Positions 43,461 through 58,048 of a stretch of 64,000 nt of DNA are shown here, piece by piece. The notes below the pieces were generated by a model, which saw only the letters and a program-made list of their open reading frames with translations, ran no database searches and had not been told where the DNA came from. The stretch lies in NCBI GenBank assembly GCA_964016885.1, contig OZ024742.1, positions 60,388,001 to 60,452,000 on the forward strand, read 5' to 3'. The position numbers and the translations under genes are program-made. This DNA is from Eledone cirrhosa. Taxonomy: Eukaryota. Positions within the stretch are counted from its first letter, which is position 1, and each line of letters begins with the position of its first letter.

Positions 43461-45108
43461 ATAATAATAAATACGAAGAATATAATCCAAAGAGGGCTCG
43501 ATAAGGATAAATAATAATCATATATATAAGAACCCTAGAGCAAATATTTATTAAAATAGCAGATTAAAGTTTAAGCAAAGAAGCGCTGCTTTCACACTTA
43601 ACGGGATCTTCTGTAACTAAAAAAAATCAATCTATGAACGCAGAAGTAAATATTTCGAAAAACGTTGCAACCGAAGGAAAACAGGAAACGTGAAGACGTT
43701 CCCTGGCAATGAACGGAAAAAAGCGAAGGTAATACGTCGTTATGTGGATCGATGAGAACAATTATACGCAAAATCAAAACCATGTTTATGGTATGAATGA
43801 AATCCTAGACTAATATTCTATTTAAGAAACCGAATGATTCTCAGCTTCAGAGTTAAGAATACTGTAAATAAATTAGTAGAACGGTTATTGAAATCAACAA
43901 TAATTAAATATATACATACACGCTTCCATATACGTACATACACATGCATACGCGAAATCACCCGCCATGCATGCATATACAAGCACGTACACATAAACAC
44001 ACCCACACATACATAAACCCGCGCGACACCTGTACCCGAACACATACGAACATATACACCAAATACACATAAAAAAATATAAATATACACACATAAATAC
44101 GAATATAAGACGCACGCACACACATACCTATATGTAAATACACATATGTTCACTGAATGTACTTCAACCAAAACACAAAGTACACATATACACACCTTAC
44201 ATACGTGCACACACTCATACACACACATAAACACTAAACACACATATACACATAACCATATACACATGTACCAGTATATATAATATAATATATACACCTA
44301 TAACAAATACAAGCAAATATACCAACGAGAAAGTATACGTACCTTCACAAAACATACGGGTAAGGTATACTTACCTATACAAATAAGTAATGGTATAAAC
44401 ATAAAATATACTTAGCTACCACATCAAGACGTAAATTATCCGCGTATTGTACGTACTATCCAATAGGATATAATGCGGGGTTGCAAAACAGGAAAGTTTT
44501 ATGCAATTTATGTTTACAAGCCGAAATTGCTTCAGAATTTTTGTTTAAGATGTGATCTTTGGAGTAGAGTATTTTCGGGGCCTCAGCGGCGCAGAGGTCA
44601 CATGGTCTTGTATTTCCGTTATACGATCTAGCTTTAGATAGGATCTCCCAATGCAACCTATATTCGGTGTGGTTGTCTTTTAGACTCCAGATATAAGCTG
44701 AAAGTGACGTCATATTCCTTCTTATAGGTTTAAGAAAAGAATGGGTGTGCATGTAAAGACGCTGCTTGAATCTATTAGCGGTTAACCCTATGTAGGCCCT
44801 ACATAGGTGATTCGACCTTACATTTGTAGACAATGTTCCTGGAGAGACATTTCCCGGATAGAAGGCATTCAACCCGATTCCTACAATTACAGTTAGTACT
44901 AGCTACAGGGTTGCACGGCTAGGTAATTTAGCTAAATTTGAAGCAGTGAAAGATATGTACAAAGTTAGGAGTCGTAGAGCAAGATATTTTAATGGTATTT
45001 CTATTAAAAGTTTTATTATATTTATGTGCTGAGGAGAAGTGCTTCTCAATAAGGGAGAGAAAGATCTTAGCTAATGGTGTGGCCACCTCCATATTATATG
45101 GTGGGTTA
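43458..45108 (-). mobile_element. PLE family B, 5'-truncated copy (GIY-YIG remnant 44456-45107), no inverted arm
   Basis: [33 protein letters not shown]; AYIGLTANRFKQRLYMH..CDLCAAE..LNKNSEAISACKH; colinear with 6850-8400. Confidence 0.9.
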
Positions 45109-45126
45109 ATATATATATATATACAC

Positions 45127-45210
<84 letters not shown>

Positions 45211-45653
45211 ATATCTACACACACACACATATATAAATATACATATGTACGTATAATAATATGTACGTATAATAATATGTACGTATAATATGTACTAATA
45301 ATAATGTTCGATTCGTTAGTAAACAAACAACCCGATTTGAAGATGTGCCGTGCCAGTGACCGATCGTCACCTGTTTCTTCAACACTGGCTTTGGGGAACA
45401 ATCAATATGTTTCTGAATCATTACCCTTCAGCAGGACTGTATACCTCCTCTTGTAGTCTGTTGAACCGTTGATAATATATAGTATTCTCTTAAATACATA
45501 TCGGCTCAGTAGCCTCATTTACATACTGAGAGAGTTTCGGCTGGCCTTGCCGAATATTAAAAATAAAATTAGAATTATATTTCTCTCCCTAACACAGTTG
45601 ATACATAATGTACGTATGCACATATATAAGTATGTGTGTGTGTGTGTGTGTGC

Positions 45654-45760
<107 letters not shown>

Positions 45761-45977
45761 ATTTTATTTACTAATCACTGTGCACTCTAAGATATAATTT
45801 GTGTATTTTTCACGTACAAATCTTTGGCGGATTTGCCTGAAATGTAATTTTAACACTTTCTAGTTTCATTTTCGTTCGTTTTATATTTTTTTCAATTATA
45901 TCCTTGTTTCTTACTATCATTGGCTGGTTGAGAATTTTGGCCAGAATTCTGTTTTTAATTTCCCTCCAACAAGTTTC

Positions 45978-46755
45978 GTGTCACTACAAGCAAGATACTA
46001 CTATATATAGTGATATCAGCGATTGAGTTCGACTTGTCATTTAGACAAACTTTTCCGTTGGAGATGGGCTTCGCGATGATGACATACTACAACTTCCGTC
46101 CTGGTTTGTAATGTCTGTGAATGATATTTACAGTGGTAACTGTAACGAGCAGGATATAATTCAGAAACTATCGATAGTCCGGGTTTATGATATACAACGA
46201 TCTTTATCCACGGGCAGCCATTTTACTTAGAAATTACCGAAATGACCTGAATTATAAGATTGTATTACTCACGTATATATCTTATAATATCATGGCGTGA
46301 ATAATTAACCGCCGGAGTTGAATGCATTCCCCTCGGTAAGATTCGTAAACGAATATTTATTGCTTCTCACATTTGGCTATTTGCTTCGAATGTTAGTTGA
46401 ACGTTTTTATCTTTATTTCAGTTCGAATTATATTTTTTTTCCATCGCTATCCTTCTATTTTACTGTATTAAAGTCGTTGAGATCCTATCACCTGACATTT
46501 GTATATATTTAATTTTTCGCCAATGCGATTTCTCACATAGGTCAGATTTAACATCCATTTTGAGAGGTCACTTGTCACTACAAGCTTGAGACTGCTAGGC
46601 ATAGTGATGGCAGCGATTGACTTGAACGTGCCATGTACACAAACGTTTCCGATTGAGATGGGCTTTACATGTTGATGAGGTACGACAACGCACAGTTATA
46701 TAATGTCTACAGATGTTATATGAATACTGCGAATGCTAGGTGCAGTGGTAACTGT
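45978..46755. repeat. Diverged ~170-bp direct repeat pair (45978-46145, 46573-46755)
   Basis: tgtcactacaagc..atagtgat..cagcgattga..acaaac.tttccg..gagatgggctt..cagtggtaactgt in both. Confidence 0.7.
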
Positions 46756-46848
46756 TCTGAACACAGAATTTCCTTAGTCAGTAAGCAAAACGAGTTACCG
46801 TTTTACTTACTGTTTAATGAAATGTATGTTTTGTTTGTATTTCTCTGA

Positions 46849-46935
<87 letters not shown>

Positions 46936-46938
<3 letters not shown>

Positions 46939-47495
46939 GATAAATCTACCAAGAGTTTACGGTAGTGTCCAATCCGTATGAAGAACTCAATGTAATCCGG
47001 ATATCATGGAAAGAAGAGATGCAATGAAAAATCACTTTCGGTGAAAGATAAACTGAATACAGTCAAGATAAAATATTAAAAAAAATAATGAATAAAACAA
47101 TGAAACAGTTCCTTATATTAAACAAAAAAAGTTCATTATTTAACGATCGTTTCTAGGATACATATGTGTTAGAATTGGCATGCATATTCAACAGATCTAT
47201 GTACAAAATTATACAAAATTATACAAACTATCAAAATCAAATATACATACCAACACATATATATGCCGTCTTCAGAAATAATTTCTGAAGACGGCATATA
47301 TATGTGTTGGTATGTATATTTAATTTTGATAGTTTGTATAATTTTGTATAATTTTGTACATAGATCTGTTGAATATGCATGCCAATTCTAACACATATAT
47401 ATCCTAGAAACGATCGTTAAATAATGAACTTTTTTTGTTCAATATAAGGAACTGTTTCATTGTTTTATTCATTATTTTTTTTAATATTTTATTTT
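46936..47495. mobile_element. Fold-back with back-to-back HHRs having ~115-nt stem II (47137-47280 -, 47280-47423 +)
   Basis: Centre 47280; attt-CTGAAGA-cggcatatatatgtgttgg..ctaacacatatatatccta-GAAA-cgatcg-TT-aaat. Confidence 0.88.
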
Positions 47496-47512
47496 ATATA
47501 TATATATATATT

Positions 47513-47656
<144 letters not shown>

Positions 47657-47963
47657 AAAAAATTATATTTTATTATAAGCTGAGCCAACTTATACAGCTT
47701 CATAAGCAAATGAGCTTATTCACCTCATTTACACAGACGAGAAAACTATATTGTCGCCTCTTCAAAGTCCAGCAGCTGCAAGAGCGGGAGGGATTGTCCT
47801 GACGAGAAACAGTGAAGTTCGAAATGCACATCGAAAATTGTCCCCCTTGCTTCTGCTGGACACCGCCAGGTGGCGATAGCCGCTTGTGCTCTTGCATAGC
47901 TACGGTTTTCCAAATGTTTTTTTATAAACATACTGCACTTCTTTAGAAATACGAAATTCCAAT

Positions 47964-48117
<154 letters not shown>

Positions 48118-48914
48118 ACACACACACATATATATATATTTATATGGATAGAGAGAGTGGGAGAGAGGAATATATACTATTAAAAATGAGTCGACGTTTT
48201 AACATTTTGTTTCCTAGATGTCACATAAAAAAATAATACATGACGTAACTTAGAAAACTTCCAGTTGGACATAATTTAAGATAATAGAATCTCTAACTGA
48301 ATCGTATAACTAATATATATATTTAAACAGTTGAACAATTTGCTACTATAAAAATTGATAAGATATCGTCTGTTTGTAGCTCAACATAAATACACGTATT
48401 TGTTAAGATTTATTGATACCACCTCGCAGTGAAAATTATGAAAGAATGAACGTATTATTTTTCGATTTTGAGGGCGCTGTATTCCCCGTATATTGTAGAT
48501 TATCAGCCAACATGCTTTGTACCATATCATCATAGCCCTTTATGTTCTTAGTTCAAATCGCGGGAAATTTACAAGGTCGCTAGAATAAATTACCTGTAAC
48601 GTACAAGTTTCGATTTAATTGATTCCCTTCAAATTGTTCTTGTGCCAAGTGTAGAAGCAGTTGCTTTACCATTTACACAATCTTCCACCTCCTACTACTA
48701 CTCATCCTTACCAGCAAATACCTTATCGCCATCGCCATCTTCATAATCTTTGCTTAACTGGTTCAGTCCGTCGCTGGAGCGCAATCCTACACGTTCTGCT
48801 AACAGTAGTTTCAAACCCGACCCTGTCCTTCATATGGTTGGATTAATATATATATATATCTATATATATATATAGCATAGACCTTAAATCTTATCAATAT
48901 TTAGTATAACTAAG

Positions 48915-49120
48915 GGCGATGGATTGGCAGTATCGGTAGAGGGTCGGACGCCAGGCTTTGCAACGGCCTTTTATGATCTGAGTTCAAATCCCGCCGAGTT
49001 TAACTTTGCCTTACATCCTTACGGGATCGATAAAATAAAGTACCAGTCAGGCAGTAGGGTGTATTTATTCAACTCCCCCCCCCCCCAAATTACTGGCCTT
49101 GTGCCTATATAAGAAAACAA
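48915..49120 (+). mobile_element. Full-length tRNA-derived SINE
   Basis: Same family as 21230-21415. Confidence 0.88.
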
Positions 49121-49907
49121 TATTTACTATAATTATTCGATTGAGAAGCAAATCAAATCTGGTAGATTTAGAGTAAAATACTATGTTATCTCAATTGATT
49201 GTAACAATATATATGTGGTGACAGGCAATGCTTTAAGATCAAGAAGTTTTTCTTTAGGGATTCGTGCATGTTAAGCAAAGGATTTTTCATAGCCTCGGTA
49301 TAGATAAAAGAGAAAAAAAAAAAAGGCGTGACAAAGTGGAAGAGGAAAGGAAAGAAAGATCGCAGCTGGTGTACATATATTTTTAGATGAATATTACAAT
49401 CTTGTTTGTTAAGGAAATGTTAAATGTTTATTAAAATAAGAGTGCAGATAAGGACGATGAAAAAACGCGGACGTATGCTTTCTCGTCAGCTAAATACTGG
49501 AGATCACCACATACAGAGTTGGCCTCCAAATGGTTTGTGTTCAAAAAATTTCCCTCACATTGGATTTGTTAACACGAGGCTAAAGCAAAATACACTTGCT
49601 CAACATGCCATGGAGTATTACGGAAGTCAAAATCACATGTTTGCAAGCAAACACTTTAACTAGCTAACAATTCTTTTGTCTGAAGAGAAAAGCAGATAAA
49701 ACCAATGAATTTATTGAGTTCATGCTTTTCGGCGATGTTTATTATTTAAATTAAATTCACCAATTCAACAGACAGTGACAACGAACACATATGTCAAGTG
49801 AAAATGTTTGGATTTTTTTTCTCATGGTTTCAATGCGTTGACATTTTGTTCTGATATATTCTTTATATATACTGTATATATATATATTATATTTATATAT
49901 ATATATA

Positions 49908-51817
49908 TATATATTCTCTTATGGTCGTTTTGGAAGCCTCAACAATGCAGAAGGGTAAATCTCCGGGTAACAAGATCCGGTGGTGAAGAGAGAGATGTAA
50001 GTGAATGTAGAATGAGATGTATAGTGTGTAGAAGAACGTAGGAAAGAGCGTAAAAAATAAAAATAATAACACGAGATAGATTTACCTCGGGAGAGATTTA
50101 ATTGTCCCTATATTTCGGATTCACATCCAGTAACTGGGGGATTTTCCGGGGTGGGGGAGGTTATATGTCGGACAGGAGCGATATGTGTGTCCTCTGTTGT
50201 TCGTTGTTTTGAATATCTGAGGTATTCAGCAGAGCGCGCGTGCACGCGGAATAAGTTCGGTCAAGCAAAGGTCGACGACCGGTATAGTTCTTTTAATTGT
50301 GTGAGTGGGGTGGCGTTAGCTCTCAATCCATTGTATCTATCTGTGATGGTTTCTGTATTAGCCGTTTATTCGTATGGTGGTGGTATTCGCCTGCCTGTTT
50401 GGTGAATGCTACTGTGTGTGTGTGTTGTTTTTCTCGCTTGTGTGTGTGTGTGCGTGTGTTGTCTCTTTTGTTTAAACCAACCACCTCATTTTTTCTGCCT
50501 GTTTGGTGAATGCTACCGTGTGTGTGTGTGCGTGTGTTGTTGTCTCGCTTGTGTGTGTGCGTATGTGGTTGTCTCGTTTGTTTAAACCAACCACTTCATT
50601 TCGCTTCTCTTGGATCGGTTATTTATTTGTGGCCCTAGGCGTTTGATCCAAAGTGCTTCCTTGATTCGTAACGTGACGACGTTGCGTTCTGGCGCTAGCA
50701 CTGTGACGATGGGCCTTCCCTCTTTGTTTCCGATTTGGTTATGTGTTTCCGGAAAGTCGGCCCTGGTGTTGATGTGCTCCTTGATCCGGATGTGTAGCGG
50801 CCGGATTGTGCTACCGATATAGTAGTGGTTGCACTTGTCACATTCTACCTTATACACGACGTATGTGCGTAGGCAACAGTTCATATGGCGCATCAGACAG
50901 TTTCTGAGGGAGCACGCGTCAGTCGATTTCCCGGGTTTCCTGGAGAGGCATCTTCGCAGGGAAGGGCCCGAGTGGGCCAGGTGGATGTCGAGGCCCTCCC
51001 TCCATATAGCCCTGCCGATAGCGTTGGTGGTTTTCTCGCCCAGGTGTGGTATTTTAAGGAAGCACCTGCCTTGGGTGTTTCTCTGGCTCTTGCGTCTGGT
51101 GTCTCTTATTCTGTTAGTGAGCGAGGCAGGGTACCCGTTCGTCTCCAGGACTTTGAGGAATCGCTTGGTATGGATGACACCACTCGCCGGATCGCTGCAT
51201 CTGTTTTTAATTCGCATGATCTCGTTCGTGACGTACCCTCTTTGAGCACTGTATAGGGAGGGCAGACCTGCTAGACAACCCCTCCCCCCACACACACAGT
51301 AGCATTCACCAAACAGACAGGCGAATACCACTACCATATGAAACACTGCTAATACAGAAACCAGCACAGATAGATACAATGGATTAAAAGAACTAATCCG
51401 GCCGTCGACCTTTGCTTGACCGAACTTATTCCGCGCGCACGCACGCTCTGCTGAATACCTCAGATATTCAAAACAATGAACAGTAGACGATATGTATCGC
51501 TCCTCTCCGACAGATAACTCCCCCCTCCCCACTCGGAAAACCCCCCAGTTGATGAATGTGAATCCGAAATATTGGGACAATTAAATCTCTCCCGAGGTAA
51601 CTCTATCTCGTGTTATTATTTTTATTTTTTACGCTCTTTCCTACGTTCTTCAACACACTATACATCTCATTCTACATTCACTTACATCTCTCTCTTCACC
51701 ACCGGATCTTGTGTACCCGGATAATTACCCATCTGTATTGTTGAGGCTTCCAAAACGACCAAAAGAATATATATCTTATTATTCCACAATGCTTCAAGCA
51801 AACTTGAATACTCTCTT

Positions 51818-51818
<1 letters not shown>
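49908..51818 (-). mobile_element. PLE family A: 5'-truncated GIY-YIG element (-) with inverted 3' arm (51288-51818) in (TA)n
   Basis: Arms 49908-50420 / 51288-51772; HHR-like motifs at 50104-50140 (-) and 51541-51578 (+). Confidence 0.92.
50582..51258 (-). pseudogene. Penelope/Poseidon-type thumb-linker + GIY-YIG, open frame but 5'-truncated
   Basis: VLETNGYP..LKIPHLGE..YVVYKVECDKCNHYYIGSTIRPLHIRIKEH..LRIKEALWIKRLGPQINNR. The first ~105 aa of the listed 332-aa ORF are read-through of the inverted UTR. Confidence 0.9.
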
Positions 51819-51857
<39 letters not shown>

Positions 51858-51860
<3 letters not shown>

Positions 51861-52847
51861 TAAAGTGGTCCTTCATCAGTGATCTTCCAACCACCATCGG
51901 TATTTCTTCGCTTTAAAGACCATATACCTCCGGTTGGTGCGAGCAACGGCTAAAGAAAGTCGTTGGGACATGTAAATAAAGGAACAGCGAGAGTGTAAAC
52001 AAACAAAGATGGTGAAGCAACGAAAAGTGAGGAAGAGCGAGTCAAGTCCAAAAATTTCCATGAATATAAGTTCGGTGAAATCGTGAACGAGAGAGAATAA
52101 AGACCATCAAACCTGGTTGAAATGTGAGCAAGGAAGGAATTTCGCACAGGTCTAACGGGAGGAAGAAGGAGCCTACTCTGTGAATTCGGTAAACATAAGT
52201 TCTGTGAAATCGTAGGCGAGAGAGAGAAAAAATGCCGACCGGCCTGACCAAGCGTGCGAAAGAAAAGAATTACGCACAGGTCAAACGGGAAGAAGGAGGA
52301 GGAGGAGAGGTAGTAACAGAGAGTGAGTGAGAGAAGGGTGAGGAAGAGGCTAACAGAGAGACTGACTGTTAGAGAGGGTAAAGATGCAGAGAAAGAGGAA
52401 GCAGTAAAAACGAAATAGACGGGTCACAGCGGGAGAAAAAATATGTGTAAATATGAGAATAAACGTGCTGCGGAGTTGCAAATGGGTTACATATGAATAA
52501 AGTGGTCCTTCATCAGTGATCTTCCAACCATCATCGGTATTTCTTCGCTTTAAAGACCATATACCTCCGGTTGGTGCGAGCAACGGCTAAAGAAAGTCGT
52601 TGGGACATTTAAATAAGGGAACAGCGAGAGTGTAAACAAACAAAGATGGTGAAGCAACGAAAAGTGAGGAAGAGCGAGTCATGTCCAAAAATTTCCATGA
52701 ATATAAGTTTCGGTGAAATCGTGAACGAGAGAGAATAAAGACCATCAAACCTGGTTGAAATGTGAGCAAGGAAGGAATTTCGCACAGGTCTAACGGGAGG
52801 AAGAAGAGGTCTAGTCTGTGAATTCGGTAAACATAAGTTCTGTGAAA
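51858..52847 (-). mobile_element. 637-bp unit in ~1.55 tandem copies between (TA)n tracts
   Basis: 51858-52210 repeated at 52495-52847; internal ~125-bp sub-duplication; CTGATGA on - at 51873-51879 and 52510-52516. Confidence 0.85.
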
Positions 52848-53561
52848 TATATATATATATTTGTGTGTGAGAGTGGAGGTCTTTTTATAACAGTGTGTGC
52901 ATCTGAATGAGCTGGGAAGAGCATTAACCTCACTTATTCTGTTCAGGCAAAACTGTTTTTCTTTAATTATTCGATGCAACTCGTACATATTTAAATGCCA
53001 TTGCTGCAGGGTTTATCAAATAGTGTGCCTTGTAATGAACAGTATATTTACACTGAAAAACAGCTGGGTTTCCAAACATGTCTTTTTTTATACTAATGTT
53101 TTAATTGTTATTATTCATTGTGTGTTCAATTTTACAGAAACGTCTCCAAAGAAAACCAATATATAACTGATTGCTTGGGCAATGCTCCATAGCAGTTATT
53201 TAATCCACATTAAGTGTTCATTACCAGCCGATTGATCAATAGGGTGAAGTCGTTAGTGTGCTACATAGAACGCCTCTCGCTATTCGTTCGGGTACTATTC
53301 TATGAATTCCAACCACATTATTGTCACTATTGTCGTTCATCTTCGCGAAGCAAATAAATAAAGAACAATCACAGTAAGGAGTCAAATTGTTTTTCGTTCT
53401 TCTCCTCTGTCATTTTCTCTTGAAAAAACTGGCTGTTGTTAGATCCGTAATAAGAAGGATCAGCTAAGTTTGAATTGCGCATGATTTTCAAGAGAGACTC
53501 ACTATATTCCAGAAATCAAATATTTTGTACCTTACGCAGGAATATTATGTGTCTATATAGT

Positions 53562-53670
53562 TCAAATCCGCCGAGGTTAACTTTGCCTTTCATCCTTACG
53601 GGGTCGTTAAAATAAAGTACCAGTAATGTACTGGGTAATTGCTGGACTTGTGCCAATAGTAGAAACAATT
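53562..53670 (+). mobile_element. 5'-truncated SINE with flanking duplication
   Basis: Body ttcaaatccgccgaggttaactttgcc..tagaaacaatt; attatgtgtctatatagttcaa on both sides. Confidence 0.85.
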
Positions 53671-53773
53671 ATGTGTCTATATAGTTCAATAAATCATTGT
53701 CAGTCAAAACTCACGCTATTAATGCCAGCACATCGTGGAACGAGTATGATTTTAATGTTGATCAGTACCCACC

Positions 53774-53890
<117 letters not shown>

Positions 53891-55460
53891 AATAATTGCC
53901 CTTTAGAACTGGATTCCTATTTTATTTGTTGACCTCGAAGAATGAACGGAAATGTTGACCTCATTGGGATTTGAAATCGGTGCCCTGACGAATACCACAA
54001 TGCATTACATTCAACGTTCTATCGAGACTGCCATATATCGGTTGACGTTGCCGTATTTGATATAAATAGTTGTAAGTAATAACTCGCGCTATTTATAGCA
54101 GCAATTTTTGGATTGGTTTTAATTTGACGCTGATAAATGCCTGAACTTGAATTACATTATTATATTACTTGAACGATAAAAGGTTAAGGCCTTCTTCTAA
54201 GATCACCAGATCTCAAGAAAATATAATAAAGAGATACGAAATGATACAGCACAATCATCTCTACATAGGTATATCACAGATCATGCACTGGTTGAAAGTC
54301 TTCGCAACGATTTGCTCCTTTTCAAGACAAAGCTTTGTTCGATAACTCATCAGTGTATGTTTCTTACGCTTCACTTATTTCCGCTATTAATTCTTCATAG
54401 ATGATATCAAATTCATTGTCCTTTATTGGTTCACGACATTAAGTTCATTTAAGTCACGTTCTGCTTGCTTTAACGCCATCATATTCTAAAATCTGCGAAA
54501 ATCGCAATGCCGTGACGTTTCGTATGTTCATTACTTTGATCGATGTTTTATTAGCTGTTTTGCTATTTTTAGTCAATGATTGATCTGTTTGTACACGTTA
54601 AAACGATGTGCGAGAATATGTTCAACTGTACGTTCTGACATCAGAATGAATACACAGACATTAGTAGCGAAATAAATTATTTTAGGAGGCGGCTAGATAA
54701 AGGTTGACTAATACTCCATGTATAGTAATAATTGAGTATAACATAGTAAACATATTACTTCATAACATTGATTTCTAATTTAAGCACAAGAACCAAATTT
54801 TGAAGGGAAAAGGCATTTAGTTACATCTACCCTAGTACATAATTAGTAATTTATGTTATCAACCCTGGAAGGGCGAGGGCCAAATTTGCCCTTCGCGGGA
54901 TTTCAACTTAGAACGTTAAGGGCCGTAACTAAATGTTACAAATCATTTTGTCCAACACCCTAATAATTTTTCCAATCTTATATTTCTTCATAATATCTAA
55001 GTGAAGTAGGCTGCTGTAGTGGTTAGACTCAAGCTGGTTAACGACATGAATGAGTTCTGTTCTCAAACCGAGCGACTTCCTGTTCTTGAAGGAGACACAT
55101 AATTTTACATTGTCCCAGTCAACGTATCTAAAACAATGAGTACGAGCTAGCGCTTGATTTGTCCGAACTGGTGTTCCGTGTAAGGTAGGATGTATTGTTC
55201 CCTCGAGAGGATCATTGTTTACGGTGTTGGTCACACAATCGTAAGGTTAAATTCAGCAAAGCCAATCATCTTATGTTTATACACTCGAATCAGCAGAGTT
55301 AAATAAATACCGACAGTATCTGCAAATTAAACGTGTTACGGACTAGTATTCCATCCAAGGGTGGGAGTATTTAAATTACAGTCGCTCAATGCTAATGAAT
55401 CCAGAACACGCACCGACATGGTGAACTTCTGCATTTGATTAGACATTAACTATTATAATT

Positions 55461-56198
55461 AAAAACAAATAACGAAACGAAATTAAATTTCGTTTCGTTT
55501 GTAACTCACTTTTGTATGACTGACGAATAGGGGGAAGGTGTTCCCCCGAAAAACCAGTATGACTCTAAAAACCGGTTTGTCTGTGTGTTTACATACAAAA
55601 TAGCTGGGCCGCTCACTGTAAAGCGACCAGTGAAAGACTTGGTACACCTACATATGTATACGTGTGTGTATTCATATACACACTAGTATTTCAGTATGCA
55701 TATGTAGATGTACATTTTTAACTTAATTGTTTAAGCGTCAGTCATACAAAAGTGAGTTACAAACGAAACGAAATTTAATTTCGTTTCGTTATTTGTTTTT
55801 ATCGTCTCCGCTGAACCGCTACGTACTCACGCTCTATGCAAATTAGTCTGCCCACTACTAATTTTCATAGAAAAAGCATATAACGATATGTGCTTTTACA
55901 ATTCTCCAGAAAGGCCGGTAGATAGGTAAATATTGCTGATGAGTTGTAACAACAACGAAACTAGTTCAATATTCCTTGTCTGGCTTTCTGGAGAATAGGG
56001 GGAAGGTGTTCCCCCGAAAAACCAGTATGACTCTAAAAACCGGTTTGTCTGTGTGTTTACATACAGAATAGCTGGGCCGCTCACTGTAAAGCGACCAGTG
56101 AAAGACTTGGTACACCTACATATGTATACGTGTGTGTATTCATATACACACTAGTATTTCAGTATGCATATGTAGATGTACATTTTTTTTAACTTAAT
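55461..56198 (+). mobile_element. Retrozyme-like 468-bp HHR unit (~1.43 tandem copies) with 65-bp inverted left arm and apparent TSD
   Basis: 55525-55728 repeated at 55993-56198; 55461-55525 is the reverse complement of 55736-55800; tattataattaa at both borders. Confidence 0.88.
55929..55973 (+). ncRNA. Canonical minimal type I HHR
   Basis: aatattg-CTGATGA-gttgt aaca acaac-GAAA-ctag-TT-caatatt; perfect stems, palindromic loop III. Confidence 0.93.
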
Positions 56199-57972
56199 TA
56201 TTATAATTAACATGTGCTAAAATATCTAAACAGTGATTGAGACATCTCAAACATGGTTATGGCTTCAGTACTTTCCGTTTAAACAATAAAGGTAGAGTAT
56301 ATTTAATGATACCGAAGCTGTTATGTTTTTATATTCTTTTCAGTTGCTGAACTAGAGATACAGCAACCCCCCCCCCCCCTGCATGGATTAAAACTAATAA
56401 TATCCAAACTTATGCCCTGATGTGTCATCATACGTTTTAAGTATCAGATTCAGATCCAATTTGAGTTAACTTTCATATTTGCGTGGTCTTCCTATATTTT
56501 CTCCAGTAAAATCAGTCAATATGTTTTAGATTGTTATCTACTCAAGGGGATTGTAATTATAGTTATTTAATATTTTCCGGCTCACTACATCCTGTATGTT
56601 TGTGGCTACTTACCTATTTGTTCTAAATGTAGAGTTTAATTTCTGACACCTATTTGAATCAAATTACATTTCGTGACTTCATGAGGATCATTTCTTCTTC
56701 TTGTTGAAATCTACGCCGACGAATAAAAAAAGCAAAAGAGTATGATAATGTTCATAATTTAACATTCCCCTTGTCAAATCGGAGCAGACAAATTCAAATA
56801 CAGAAAGAATATTGCAATATTGTTCATAATGCAACATTATGTACGAATGCAAGCACCTACTTGTTCGTAGTCTAGGCAGAAAACAAGGATGAGTAACGTC
56901 TTTCAGTTGCATTTTTAACTAAAGATATATTTTTATAATTTAGTAGGAGATATTTCCCCTGTTATAGAAAACATAAACGCTCCTGTAATATGACGATTTA
57001 ACAGTAAGCCCCTTAACTGTTTGATGTTTATGCAGAAAGTGACCGTGGCTAATATCTCTCTGTAACTTCTCTTTCTAAATTAGAACCAGTAACATGTGTG
57101 CCGGAAATATTTCCATTGTTGACGATTCTACACGGAGATAATGAAAATCACACTCTCACACACAAAGGATTTTTAATGTTTAGAATGCGTCATTAAGTAT
57201 ATTTGCAGCCACTTAACTCTTTGGCCTTCATGCAGATAGCGCCCAATTGTAATATCGTGCAACCACCACTATCACATGAGATAAGTTGGACATATGTTTG
57301 CCATTTGTTTGGAAATTTTTCTATGCATTGACAAATCTTTGCGAACAAATTGAAAAATTACGCAAACACAATTGCGCACACACACACAGGTACACACACA
57401 AGTACTCGTTATGTTGTTTATAGTTCAGTTACAGTAAATATGCTTCAATGGAAAGAGCATCCATCTTTTTTCTGAATGCTTAAAGTATTTATATTTTAGA
57501 TATATTTCCATCATGCTGCAATAAATCAACTGAATAAATGAAAGAATATTAGGAAAGAAAAAGGTTGCTGAATGAAGAAATAAAAGAAAGAAGATGACTA
57601 TATCTATAAATTGAATAATAAAAGAAAAGAAATATATATTAATTTGAAGGAGAAAATAGAATTCTAGTAATAGAATGAAGGGTTTTTGGTTTTTTTTTTC
57701 ATGTGAGTTTCCAGGATACTTCGAACTAACGAGTATATCTCCATGTAGCTCATGGACACTTTAAAATTATCATTGGAAGAGAATGTACTATTTTAATTGA
57801 AGGAAGAAATAGCGTATCTTTTTTGTTTTCTTTTCTTACAGTTTATTGAGTGGGGAGAGGGCTATGACCGAGACTGCAACATTGGTGGAAAAGGGAGAGA
57901 GAGAAAGAAAGAAAAATAAGAAAGAGGAAGAAAGAAAAATAAGCAAGAGAAAGAAAGAAGGAGAAAGAGAAA

Positions 57973-58048
<76 letters not shown>

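Noticed and set aside
51259-51580. N-terminal third of the 332-aa ORF as part of a novel fusion protein
   Set aside because: It is antisense read-through of the inverted 3' UTR arm; homology to the PLE protein starts near 51258
55520-55565. Second HHR (CTGACGA-ata-ggggg..ccccc-GAAA)
   Set aside because: The core is created by the inversion junction (the intact unit has ctggaga) and stem I does not pair
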